62,394 bases of DNA from a virus. Under the pieces are notes generated by a model that saw nothing but the letters and a program-made list of their open reading frames with translations, was not told the DNA's origin and did not search any database. The stretch lies in IMG/VR virus record IMGVR_UViG_3300003375_000002. One strand, given 5' to 3'. Shown here in pieces: positions 48,786-58,067 of the stretch (positions within the stretch are counted from its first letter, which is position 1; each line of letters starts with the position of its first letter). The translations under genes and the position numbers were made by a program.

Positions 48786-50416
48786 GATGGATACAATGCC
48801 GAGGGAGGCTTGCCGATGTGGCGCATGCTGTCATTGATCTCATTCAAGCGTTCAGGCGCACGCTGAAGCAGTCCGAGTTCGCGCAAATGACGCAAGGCCA
48901 TCGACACAGTGTCGACGAGATCGTCGTGCTTGCCTTTCGGGAAAACAGCAACCTGAGTAATGACCATATCTGCCCAGCTCATGTCTGGCGCCCAGATCAT
49001 CCCTTCAGCGAATAAATGCTGAACAGAATAGAGCCTGCTCAATTTGTCAATCGTTTTTGGATCATACATTCTTACGGCGAAATCTTCATTGCCGAACAAG
49101 CGCCTCAACTCTTGAGCGACAGAGTGACCAGCTGCCTTATTTTCAATCAAGATCATGTCGACCTTGAATTTCTTGCATGTTGTGGCAACCTTTTCGACCA
49201 ACTCATGGAGCTCAAGCCGCTGCTGCCAAGCGTTCATCAGCATGACATTCGGCGCACCCTCAGCATACACTCGCTCTATCTGCTGAGGACGACCATTGTG
49301 GCCAATGATCTTGTTGGCATGGGCGACAACGTCGTTAGTAAACACACCCCAAACACTCAAGGCGCTGAAGTCGTTCTCCTGCTTGGTGGTGTAGGCAGTG
49401 TCGAGGCTCGCCACAACAAAGTCCATCGGCGGAAATGTCTCGCTGTTCCACAGCGCCCACCATTCGCGCTTGATTACGCCGCCGCCCTTCACTTCTGGTC
49501 TTTGCTGCAACTGGCCTGCAGCCGCATAAGGGCCGAGCGTGCGCTCAAGCAACTCAACTTCGTCGTCGCCAAATCGATCGGGCCAAAGGAGCTCGCCCTC
49601 CTGTGTGCGCCAATCTTGCCAGCCTATTGATGTCACGAATGATCTGTCTGACTCATAACGCATCGGCAAGCAAAGATGTGTCCAGTCGCCAATGTCCTTG
49701 CTCAAGATGTGGCCTGTTAGATCGTCCTCAGCGAGGCGCTGCTGAATGACGATGAAGGCGCCAGTCTTGGGATTGTTGAGGCGGGTGCTCAAGGCGCTGT
49801 CCCACCAATCGATGGTTGTCTGAATTGTGGCTTCGCTGAATGCCTCTTGAGCAGCATTCGGATCGTCAATGATGATGATGTCGCCGCCTTCACCCGTCAG
49901 CGTCGATCCGACAGATGTGCAAAGGCGTGATCCAGTTCTGCTATTGTCGAAGCGCGTCTTTGTGTTTTGGTCTGAAGTGAGACGGAAATTTTGCCCCCAA
50001 TACTTCTGATACCAAGGACTTTCGATCAATCTCCGACATTTCACAGAATCTCTCAAGCTCAGCATCTGTGAGTATGAAGCATGCAAGAAGTGAGCGCCCG
50101 GCCCAGAGGTCGGCGATGTGCGCCTCTGTGCCCAGACCCACGCAGGAAATGAGACCGAAGTCATCGAGGATTTCGACATACGCGGCGGAATGTTGATGAT
50201 GAGTCGCTTGATGTCGCCGGAGCATACTGCCTCCAGATGTTCGCAGACTGCGTGAAGCGGCTTGCCGTCCATGAATGGCGAAGGATCAAAATATTTCCAA
50301 CCTGCCTTGAAGAATTCGTACAGGCTCTCTTCGTATTCGAGCCTCTCCAATTCAATCAACAGATCTTCTGGCGTAATTCCTTCGAGCGCGGAACTGAAAT
50401 CAAACGCCGCACTCAC
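48782..50416 (-). CDS. terL: Terminase large subunit
   Basis: INIPPRMSKSS (Walker A-like), GGDIIIIDDP (Walker B). C-terminal RNaseH-like nuclease segment ASLDTAYTTKQENDFSALSVWGV. Confidence 0.85.
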   Translation of the reverse strand: MSAAFDFSSALEGITPEDLLIELERLEYEESLYEFFKAGWKYFDPSPFMDGKPLHAVCEHLEAVCSGDIKRLIINIPPRMSKSSMTSVSFPAWVWAQRRTSPTSGPGAHFLHASYSQMLSLRDSVKCRRLIESPWYQKYWGQNFRLTSDQNTKTRFDNSRTGSRLCTSVGSTLTGEGGDIIIIDDPNAAQEAFSEATIQTTIDWWDSALSTRLNNPKTGAFIVIQQRLAEDDLTGHILSKDIGDWTHLCLPMRYESDRSFVTSIGWQDWRTQEGELLWPDRFGDDEVELLERTLGPYAAAGQLQQRPEVKGGGVIKREWWALWNSETFPPMDFVVASLDTAYTTKQENDFSALSVWGVFTNDVVAHANKIIGHNGRPQQIERVYAEGAPNVMLMNAWQQRLELHELVEKVATTCKKFKVDMILIENKAAGHSVAQELRRLFGNEDFAVRMYDPKTIDKLSRLYSVQHLFAEGMIWAPDMSWADMVITQVAVFPKGKHDDLVDTVSMALRHLRELGLLQRAPERLNEINDSMRHIGKPPSALYPS

Positions 50417-50913
50417 TTGATCACCTTGTAGCTCGGCTCTGATTCGTCCTTGCCTTGGAGCTGGGCGACAAGCGTTCTGCGCAGTTGCGAACGCGCTTCA
50501 GCAGTCAATTGCGAGAGATCGATGCGCTGAGTGTTGGTCACATTGGCATTGATGTCCTGCGTAACACGCTCGCCGTATTTGCGCGGGTTCATCTTTGAAG
50601 CGTGCCAGCGTCGAGCGTCCATCCTGTTTCTCGCCATAGGAACATTGGTGTCGTCGTCTGCAATCTCAACAGTTTCATCAGCATAATAATCGGCTTGCAT
50701 CTGCTTTGAACGCGCGTATTTCTCGTAGAGTTTTGGGTCCTCAAGGATCCATCCCATCAACGCGCTATACTCAGGCATTCCTGGTTCTTTGCAGATCTTC
50801 GTTAACGCAACGCCATTCGCCATTCTATGCATGGCTGCATCAAATTTCACCTGATCAAATTTGCGAGACTCAAGGAACACTTCTCGCGGGCGTCGATTTC
50901 TCGTCCCAGCCAT
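50413..50913 (-). CDS. terS: Terminase small subunit
   Basis: GVALTKICKEPGMPEYSALMGWI ... YARSKQMQADYYADETVEIADD matches the common terS pattern. ATGA overlap with terL. Confidence 0.7.
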   Translation of the reverse strand: MAGTRNRRPREVFLESRKFDQVKFDAAMHRMANGVALTKICKEPGMPEYSALMGWILEDPKLYEKYARSKQMQADYYADETVEIADDDTNVPMARNRMDARRWHASKMNPRKYGERVTQDINANVTNTQRIDLSQLTAEARSQLRRTLVAQLQGKDESEPSYKVIK

Positions 50914-50964
50914 TTTCCCCTCAAGGCGAAACGCAATCGCCCGCAGAAACTTCTACGGGCACTC

Positions 50965-50993
50965 GATTATGCATCGAAAATGGGTTTTTGCAA
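50965..50993 (-). promoter_or_regulatory. Sigma70-like promoter candidate upstream of terS
   Basis: Minus-sense TTGCAA, N17, ATAATC, with TGc immediately upstream of the -10 (extended -10 like). Confidence 0.5.
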
Positions 50994-51001
50994 AAGAAAA
51001 T

Positions 51002-51424
51002 TCAAGACAACAAATTTTCCTTTAGCCAAAAGGAAACCTGCTCTTTCATCTTTTCAGGCTCGCCCGAGAGCTCCAAGCATTCACCAATGGAATAGCCCTT
51101 TTTCCAATCACTCATGCGCCTGCCATTGATCAGCGCTGGAATCCATTTGATCTTGCTCAAATTTGAAATCCCGATCAGCATCGCCGAAACGCCACCTGCG
51201 TCCGCGAATGTCCTGTGCCAAGCTATCTGAACCGGCCGCACTTCATTCGGATAAATTCGACCGCTCTTCAATTTCCCAACTTTCAATTCAATTGGCAAAA
51301 CTCTCCCAGAAACCAAAATCTGAATATCGGGAATTCCAATCCCACCTCCAGTCCTCGGCTCGTAACTTTCCAGCCAACCGGACCAGCTTGACCTAAGCCA
51401 TCTTTTAAAATCAATTTCATTCAT
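51002..51424 (-). CDS. VRR-NUC / PD-(D/E)xK nuclease
   Basis: GIPDIQILVSGRVLPIELKVGK (PD...E-x-K) and a downstream Q..W. ATG at 51424 after GGAGGG. Confidence 0.75.
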   Translation of the reverse strand: MNEIDFKRWLRSSWSGWLESYEPRTGGGIGIPDIQILVSGRVLPIELKVGKLKSGRIYPNEVRPVQIAWHRTFADAGGVSAMLIGISNLSKIKWIPALINGRRMSDWKKGYSIGECLELSGEPEKMKEQVSFWLKENLLS

Positions 51425-51451
51425 CAAAAAACCCTCCAAAACCCGAAAAGT

Positions 51452-51553
51452 TCCATTTCCAATCTGGAACCAATTTTCCCTTCTCTAGATAACTTTCTTT
51501 TTCTTTGTGTTGTCGTCTGTAGAGGTGAGAATTATGTTTAGAATGGAAATGGA
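51452..51553 (-). promoter_or_regulatory. Conserved ~100-nt element, copy B (leader of the VRR-NUC gene)
   Basis: The reverse complement aligns without gaps to 5117..5218. The 26-nt identical core is at 51506-51531. Closing arms are 51452-51465 / 51540-51553. Confidence 0.7.
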
Positions 51554-51600
51554 TCCAGCGATTTCTCAATGATTTCAATGCAAGCTTGACCTGAGCCATT

Positions 51601-53886
51601 TCACATCGCCCGCCTCAGGACCTCATCGGCCGATTTCACCATTGACCTCACCTCATTGAAAAAATCGGCCTTTCTAAGCTTGAGCTTGTCGGTACTTTCA
51701 TCCGTTTGTCGACCCAAGATCGCCTCCTGACGAATCAATTTGAGCCCAAATTTCTCCTTCAATTGGTCAAATGCAGCCCTGTTCATTCCAACCAATTGGA
51801 GCCTGTCATTGACCTTTAAACGATCGTCCGTCCATATCACGCCGCATTCTTTCATGACCTTGCGCAGATCGAGATCAGTGTCGAAACTGTTCCTCCTAGA
51901 ATTGTTTTCGTTGACCCAGGAGGCGATGTCTTTCATGCCGAGGGCGACCGGATCCTCCCGACAATTCATCGCCTCAGCGAGCTCTGCAGCCTCTTGCTGG
52001 CCTTCGGAGCGCGAGGAGATGATCAATTCCTTTTTCCGCTCAGTCATCGGCGCAGGCTGGCCAGCGGTGACGTAATCCTTGAAATTCTCTGCCCAATAGC
52101 GAATGACCGAAGGACCACCCGACTGCAGCCAATTGTGAAAGCTGTCGAAGCGCTCACGCGGCCATTTGTCCTCAGTCACCTCGGGATAGAACCATCGCCG
52201 ATCGCTCTCCTCAACCTTGAGCGCCCGCAATGAATTGGAGCAAGCGAACATATGGCACCAATTTTCAACAGTGTAAGTTCGCTGGAATTTCTCGTTGACT
52301 TCAACGGTTCTGTCGGTGATGGCTGATTTCAATTTGTTGTAAGCCTTCCACGAATGACCGGAATAAATCTCATTGACGATGCAGAGGCGCTTGTTGGCCA
52401 GCCAACCGTTGAATTCGCTTTGAACGATAATTCCTTCGGTCGGATAGCTGACGTTTGAAGCGCCAACGAGCGGAGCGAGGATCGACGAGCCGAGGGTTGT
52501 CTTGCCGACGCCTTGCTGCTCGCTCACCAGCAGCAGCCCATATTCCATATGAATATCCGTCCGAGCGATCAGCGTCGCGCACCACCTCATCACCTCATAA
52601 CGCTCGCTCTCATTGGGGAACATGTAGGTCATGAAATCGATGAATGGCTTGATTGAGCCTGCCCGAGACTTGATGGAGGTCGGAGTGTGAAGATTGATGG
52701 CAGAGTTGGATCCGTCATTCACTTTGCGCCCTTTTATATCAGGACGATAGCACATGCGGACGGAATTGCCAGTGTATGCCTTCACAATCAGCGAGCATGT
52801 CGAATTGGTATGGCTGAATGAGGCAAGCATTTTATTCAGCACAGGCTCGGAGCGAATGATCTCTGGCATCTCCGAGCAGACGAACAAATCTGACTCTTCG
52901 ACGTAGGCCCACATGTCCTTGAAATTATCGCGGAGGATTGTTGTGGGCTTGCCTTTTGGATTGGGAACTTGGTCGGTCGCCCATGTGGCCGGATAGAGGC
53001 ATGATCGGAAACTCGGCCCGACATAAAAGCGCTGACCTTCGATGACCTTGAACATTGAGGCAGGGAATTCGTCCGCCAGATCGAAGCCTCCCGGCCATTC
53101 TGTCGAGAATTGAACATGCATTGTCGGTATGCGCAGGTGGAAGGCGATTGAGGGCACCGCCGCCACACCCGGTGCATCATTGTCACTGACGATGTAGGCG
53201 CGCTTGACGCCTGCCTTTTTGAGCGCTGACCAATCTGTCCGGCCCGGCGACAATGCGCCGCCGATCCACCCCACATGCGCGGCAGCCTTCATCTCCTCGC
53301 CCCAAGGATGAGCAGCGCATGCTGCCCGAGCCTCCGGCGTCTCACCCTCGACCATCCAGCGCATGGCGCGAGCAGCCTTGGCTCCTTCATGGATGAAAAC
53401 GGTCGACTGATCCTTCAATTGATCAAGACCCCAGAGCGGCAAATTGCCTTCCGGCTCCATGCGGCGCCACTCATCATCGTCCCAATAGGTCAGCGGAATG
53501 TAGGACCGTTCGCCCTTGCGCTCAATCCGCACTTGGACCATGATGATCTTGCCGTCAAGATCCTTAAATTGAAAAACATCCTTCTCTGGAACATTCCTGA
53601 ATTCCTCCGGCAGATCGATCATCCTCGGCAGCAGTTTCATCTTCGGCCATGAGACAGTGGCGCATTCGGCTTCAATGGCTGCCTTTTCGAGCTCGCTCGG
53701 CGCGTATTCTGGCGGGGCGACGACCTTTCCTTCGGGCGTAATGGAAATGATCGCCACATCGCGCCAATATTTCCCGCTCATCTCGCGGACAGCCGCCTTG
53801 CGCATTGAACGCGGTTCAGCGCCAATCCGCTTCAAATACGAATTGACAGAGTTTATATCAGCCAGCGAACGGATTTTCATTGACAT
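51601..53886 (-). CDS. Primase-helicase (Toprim domain plus SF3/D5-type NTPase)
   Basis: FIHEGAKAARA and IVSDNDAPG (Toprim E and DxD). Walker A SEQQGVGKTT. Start moved to ATG 53886 (AAGGGA Shine-Dalgarno) because a small upstream ORF occupies 53909..54082. Confidence 0.8.
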   Translation of the reverse strand: MSMKIRSLADINSVNSYLKRIGAEPRSMRKAAVREMSGKYWRDVAIISITPEGKVVAPPEYAPSELEKAAIEAECATVSWPKMKLLPRMIDLPEEFRNVPEKDVFQFKDLDGKIIMVQVRIERKGERSYIPLTYWDDDEWRRMEPEGNLPLWGLDQLKDQSTVFIHEGAKAARAMRWMVEGETPEARAACAAHPWGEEMKAAAHVGWIGGALSPGRTDWSALKKAGVKRAYIVSDNDAPGVAAVPSIAFHLRIPTMHVQFSTEWPGGFDLADEFPASMFKVIEGQRFYVGPSFRSCLYPATWATDQVPNPKGKPTTILRDNFKDMWAYVEESDLFVCSEMPEIIRSEPVLNKMLASFSHTNSTCSLIVKAYTGNSVRMCYRPDIKGRKVNDGSNSAINLHTPTSIKSRAGSIKPFIDFMTYMFPNESERYEVMRWCATLIARTDIHMEYGLLLVSEQQGVGKTTLGSSILAPLVGASNVSYPTEGIIVQSEFNGWLANKRLCIVNEIYSGHSWKAYNKLKSAITDRTVEVNEKFQRTYTVENWCHMFACSNSLRALKVEESDRRWFYPEVTEDKWPRERFDSFHNWLQSGGPSVIRYWAENFKDYVTAGQPAPMTERKKELIISSRSEGQQEAAELAEAMNCREDPVALGMKDIASWVNENNSRRNSFDTDLDLRKVMKECGVIWTDDRLKVNDRLQLVGMNRAAFDQLKEKFGLKLIRQEAILGRQTDESTDKLKLRKADFFNEVRSMVKSADEVLRRAM

Positions 53887-53908
53887 TTTCCCTTGGGCAT
53901 TTGTTGGA

Positions 53909-54082
53909 TCAATTCTTCCGCTTGTGCTTTTTGATTCTTGGCTCTGATTTATAATCATTGTCGCTGCCAGAATAATATATATATTTGAACTTAAAAATGT
54001 TCACTTTGTGTGAACTAATCAGCGGACCCTTCCACTTTTCCTCGCACCAGAGCTTGATCTGTTCGGCTGTCATATCAATCAT
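53909..54082 (-). CDS. Small ORF (57 aa), not in the ORF track
   Basis: My translation: MIDMTAEQIKLWCEEKWKGPLISSHKVNIFKFKYIYYSGSDNDYKSEPRIKKHKRKN. Fills the gap between the TM ORF and the primase. Confidence 0.4.
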   Translation of the reverse strand: MIDMTAEQIKLWCEEKWKGPLISSHKVNIFKFKYIYYSGSDNDYKSEPRIKKHKRKN

Positions 54083-54085
54083 CGT

Positions 54086-54250
54086 TCATCCCTTTCTGGC
54101 TGATTCGATAAACATCCACATCAGCAAAACGCTGCAAATTGCACAAATCCAGAAAATTCCAATGGCTGCTGCAACTCCGTAATTCAACACAACGCAAACG
54201 ATCGTTGCTATATAAATCAAGAACAGCAACTCGAAAACAAATCCGACCAT
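54086..54250 (-). CDS. Small two-TM membrane protein (54 aa), not in the ORF track
   Basis: My translation: MVGFVFELLFLIYIATIVCVVLNYGVAAAIGIFWICAICSVLLMWMFIESARKG. GGAGGA Shine-Dalgarno directly after the dnaE stop. Confidence 0.5.
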   Translation of the reverse strand: MVGFVFELLFLIYIATIVCVVLNYGVAAAIGIFWICAICSVLLMWMFIESARKG

Positions 54251-54252
54251 CT

Positions 54253-57200
54253 TCAATCCTCCATATCGCCGATGTAACGCACTGCGGAGATTCGCAGCAT
54301 GCGGAAGCCCTTGGGCACAGTGCCCTTGAAAGCGTAGAGTGCCTTGCCCGGTCGGCCGCGCTCGACGATTTGTCGACCTAGCTTCTCGAACATGTAGCGA
54401 TCAACCTTCCCGAAAATTCTGTCTGTGTCGTCTGCTATTGTCAGATTTAGGCTCTGTGTTGGGCCAGTGAGAACCTTACCGTTGCGCTTGGCAATGTTGA
54501 CCTGCTCATTTTCGTCGCGCGGCTTGATCTGAGCGACAGTCGCGATCACCAATGCATCATAATCCTGATCCTTGCACTGGAGCTTGATCACATTGGTCGG
54601 AACGGTGAAAATGCTGCGCGCCTTCGGATCAGGCATCAGCCGGTCAACTGCATCCTGGATTGGCCAAAGACTATCAATTTCCGTCTGTGCATTTTTCATC
54701 ATCTTTTCCGCACGCGGCGGCAGCGGTTCGCCCCGCGCTCGCGAAGACATGATTGCGCTGACCATCTTGGGGCCGATGCCCTTCACATTCTGGATAGGAC
54801 CGATCAGCACTTTCTTCCCATTCCTGAAACCGGCTGTCCATTTGTCAGTCGACAATTCGGCATCAATCGGAACATAATCGAAACCCTCTGCCTTCATCTC
54901 GCGCAGAATTCGGATCTGCTTCTCCGGATCGTTCTCGTGAGTCAATGTGGCTGCAGCGAATTCGAATGGGTGATGCGCCTTCATGTATGCGCACCAATAG
55001 CTGATAATTCCATAAGCGACAGAATGACTGCGGTTGAACGCCCACGAGCCATAGGCGCAATTATGAACAACTATTCCATTCGCAAGAAAATTGTGATGTG
55101 GTGCCGGCATGTGAATGTCATATACATCTTCAAATCCATGCGGAACGATTGAAACTATTTTATCGCTAAAAATAGCTCTGCCTTTTTTCCAAGGATTTGG
55201 ATTGCTTTCAAGGGCTGCATGGAGTTTCTTGTGGCACTTTCTGCAAACTGCCATCAAATTGTCTATTCTATCATTGCTGTGGTCCATATCAATGTGGTGA
55301 GTCTCCTCATAAGGTGAAATGTGGCAATGCTGACAATTCTTGTAATTGGCTTTTAAATATCTTTTTCCCTCTGCGAGTGTCGGTATACCTTGCTTAATCT
55401 TATACCACCAATTGTGGCCTCCAGAGCCACTCTTTTTTGGAGATTTCCTTTTTGTCGGAATAGTGCCTGCATCGCTGACGACAGAATCTCCAACCTTAAG
55501 ATCTTGCAACGCAGAATAGGAAAGATCTGGCATCAAGAATTTGTGCTCTTTAGTGGCCTTGATTCTGTTTCCACTTTCTGTTGTAAGAAGATATGTCATC
55601 TTCTTGCCAGAATATGTCACCCCGAAATTTTCAAATGGTTTAAGAGACTCTCCATCGAACATCAATATTTTCTGCCTCTTTCTTTTGGCAGAATTTTTTT
55701 CTGTTGGACCGAGTCCTCCTCGATCGTAGAGTTGCTTAATGGTAAATTTTCTGTATCTTCCTTTTGATGGGAATGGATTTTCAATCTCCGTATCTCCAGA
55801 AAGACACAAATCGTCCCACACCTTTCCGCAAACTTCCGCTGGAACGCCCCGCTCAATCGCGCCTTTCTTGAATCTGTCTCCGTATTGGTCGAAATATTCC
55901 TTGCCTAAGCTCTTGCTCATCGCCTTGCGCAATGCGGTCACATCGTCCCAGCTGAGTCCGCCAATCTCGCGACTGACCTGCATTACCTGCTCTTGATAAG
56001 CGACAATTCCGAGTGTATTCTTCAAATAAGGCTCAAACAGCGGATGCGGATAAGTCAGCGGAGATTGACCGTTCTTGCGCTTGACCCATTCGTTGGTGCC
56101 GCCGCTGGCCATCGGCCCTGGACGGGCGAGGGCTGTGATGGCGATGATGTCTTCGAGGCTGCGGACCTTGACCTGATTGGTGATGGATTGAAGGGCTGCA
56201 CCCATGAACTGAAATATTCCGGAGAACTGACCCTTGTTCAAAACGTCGAAGGCTGCCTTGTCGTCCAGCGGAACACTCTCCAAATGATGCATCGGCAGAC
56301 CGGCCATCGTCAATGCATCCTCGAACACACTCAACTGCGTCAGCCCGAGCGCGTCAATTTTCAAAAGGTTGAGCTCTTCGGCATCCTTTTTGTCGCACAT
56401 GGTGGCGCCAGTGCGCGCGTCCACAGCCACATAATCCGTCACTGGGGTCTCAGTGATCACGATGCCGGCTGCATGCTGGCCGAAGTGACGCGGATGGCCC
56501 TCCATCCGCGCTGCGATCATGATCTCCGGATTTTTCTTGAGCAACTCTTGGCCGGATGGCGTTGTGTTCAGCGTGTCCTCAAGCGTCGACAGCGCGCGTG
56601 AGTCGCCGCCCGAGCGAACAATCAGCGAGTCGACGACCTTGTCGCACAGCCACTTCGGAACACCGAGTGCGGTTCCTGCCTCTTCAATGGCTGAACGCGG
56701 ACGGAACAGTGCAACTGTCCCGAGGCGCGCAATGTGATCGCGGCCATATTTATGCTCCATATATTCGAACACGAGATGGCGCTTCTGATCCGAGAAATCG
56801 ACGTCAATGTCTGGCAGATCGGAGCGAGTGATGTCAATGAACCGCTCGAAAAGCAGGTCATACTTCAGCGGATCGATGGTCGTGATGTCGAGCAGATAGC
56901 AAACAAGACTGCCGCAGCTGGAGCCGCGCGCCGGTCCGCAGATCATGCGCTGACGCGCCCAAGTCATCATGTCTGCGACGATGAAAAAATAATCCTCGAA
57001 CTTTTTCTCAGCTATGAGGTCCAACTCGCGCTTGAGTCGGTCGGCATAAACGGGGTCCGTCAGGTCGGTGCCAGTGCGAATGGCGCCATTCCGGCACATC
57101 TTCTCCAGCGTCAGGGGCTTTTCCGGGCTGAGGAGCGTCGCAGTCTTTAGTCTTGCGTTGCAAAGGGTCGCTACATGGTCAGCCGTGGTCCAGGATGCCG

Positions 57201-57843
57201 CAAGAATGTCCGGCGTGACGATTCCCCCACAGGCGATTTTCCAGGCCTCCTGCCCCATCAGGGATTGATCGTAGGTTTGGACCGAAGCGCCACGTCCGCA
57301 GAGCACCTCGTAGAAACCTTCATCCTCCAGCCGTAGGAACTTGTTGTCGCTGACAGCGACCAGCCGGTGGCCGCGCTTCAAGGCTTGATTGATGTAGCCT
57401 TTTGAACAGGCTGGCCCCAGCCCGACATAAATGTCATCCTGAACATCAAAATTTTCCAACAGCGACCGATGGCCGACGATCTTGATGACGCCTTCAGCGA
57501 TGACCGCCTGTTCATAGGTCAACAGCGGCTCATAACGGAATTGAGAAGTCGCGAGCTCGACGAGCTGATTGATAAATTTAACATCATCAATCGCCAGAAA
57601 TGTCCAATAGTCAATTGTCGGCTTCTTGGCGTGAATTGATTCAGTCACTGCCAGTTCAACGCCATAGAGCGGCTTGAGCCCGGCCTTTTTCGACAGCTTG
57701 GCCCATCGCGTCCAGCCGAATGTGCTGGCGCGGTCAGTTATCGGTGCATAGGTCGCGCCATTTTCGATCAGGCGCTCCATCGTCTCATCGATCATTCCTG
57801 CTGCCGCGCGGAAGCTGTAGCCGGTGCGTACGCGGAGGGTCAT
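54253..57843 (-). CDS. dnaE: DNA polymerase III alpha subunit (DnaE-type) interrupted by an intein
   Basis: N-terminal PHP-like region. Core motifs GPARGSSCGSLVCYLL, DIDVDF, KIDALGL, AFNRSHSVAY. Intein at residues 680-928. Confidence 0.9.
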   Translation of the reverse strand: MTLRVRTGYSFRAAAGMIDETMERLIENGATYAPITDRASTFGWTRWAKLSKKAGLKPLYGVELAVTESIHAKKPTIDYWTFLAIDDVKFINQLVELATSQFRYEPLLTYEQAVIAEGVIKIVGHRSLLENFDVQDDIYVGLGPACSKGYINQALKRGHRLVAVSDNKFLRLEDEGFYEVLCGRGASVQTYDQSLMGQEAWKIACGGIVTPDILAASWTTADHVATLCNARLKTATLLSPEKPLTLEKMCRNGAIRTGTDLTDPVYADRLKRELDLIAEKKFEDYFFIVADMMTWARQRMICGPARGSSCGSLVCYLLDITTIDPLKYDLLFERFIDITRSDLPDIDVDFSDQKRHLVFEYMEHKYGRDHIARLGTVALFRPRSAIEEAGTALGVPKWLCDKVVDSLIVRSGGDSRALSTLEDTLNTTPSGQELLKKNPEIMIAARMEGHPRHFGQHAAGIVITETPVTDYVAVDARTGATMCDKKDAEELNLLKIDALGLTQLSVFEDALTMAGLPMHHLESVPLDDKAAFDVLNKGQFSGIFQFMGAALQSITNQVKVRSLEDIIAITALARPGPMASGGTNEWVKRKNGQSPLTYPHPLFEPYLKNTLGIVAYQEQVMQVSREIGGLSWDDVTALRKAMSKSLGKEYFDQYGDRFKKGAIERGVPAEVCGKVWDDLCLSGDTEIENPFPSKGRYRKFTIKQLYDRGGLGPTEKNSAKRKRQKILMFDGESLKPFENFGVTYSGKKMTYLLTTESGNRIKATKEHKFLMPDLSYSALQDLKVGDSVVSDAGTIPTKRKSPKKSGSGGHNWWYKIKQGIPTLAEGKRYLKANYKNCQHCHISPYEETHHIDMDHSNDRIDNLMAVCRKCHKKLHAALESNPNPWKKGRAIFSDKIVSIVPHGFEDVYDIHMPAPHHNFLANGIVVHNCAYGSWAFNRSHSVAYGIISYWCAYMKAHHPFEFAAATLTHENDPEKQIRILREMKAEGFDYVPIDAELSTDKWTAGFRNGKKVLIGPIQNVKGIGPKMVSAIMSSRARGEPLPPRAEKMMKNAQTEIDSLWPIQDAVDRLMPDPKARSIFTVPTNVIKLQCKDQDYDALVIATVAQIKPRDENEQVNIAKRNGKVLTGPTQSLNLTIADDTDRIFGKVDRYMFEKLGRQIVERGRPGKALYAFKGTVPKGFRMLRISAVRYIGDMED
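55060..55806 (-). mobile_element. Class-1 intein (249 aa) with an HNH endonuclease insert
   Basis: Starts CLSGDTEI. Block B is ATKEH. HNH motif is CQHCH...HHIDMDHSNDRIDNLMAVCRKCHKKLH. Ends GIVVHN followed by +1 Cys (CAYGSWAFNRSH). The segment is markedly AT-rich. Confidence 0.9.
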
Positions 57844-58067
57844 CCTTCCTCTCCAGGAGATTTTCCGTCATTTAGACAAGCCCAAAATTCAGGCTTGGTA
57901 TATGTCATGAAAAGTTGCTCGCAATCCTTGCAGAAATGATATCGCATTTCTTGCAATTCCTCGATGCGACCAATTGGCTGAATTCTGAAAAATCTGCACA
58001 AATATTCATTGCTTGGGCCGATTTCCTTTTTGCATCCATCGCAGATGTAGGCGGTCTTCTTCATCAC
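57840..58067 (-). CDS. Zinc-ribbon small protein (75 aa)
   Basis: CDGC ... CKDC. Overlaps its neighbours by 4 nt on both sides. Confidence 0.6.
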   Translation of the reverse strand: MMKKTAYICDGCKKEIGPSNEYLCRFFRIQPIGRIEELQEMRYHFCKDCEQLFMTYTKPEFWACLNDGKSPGEEG

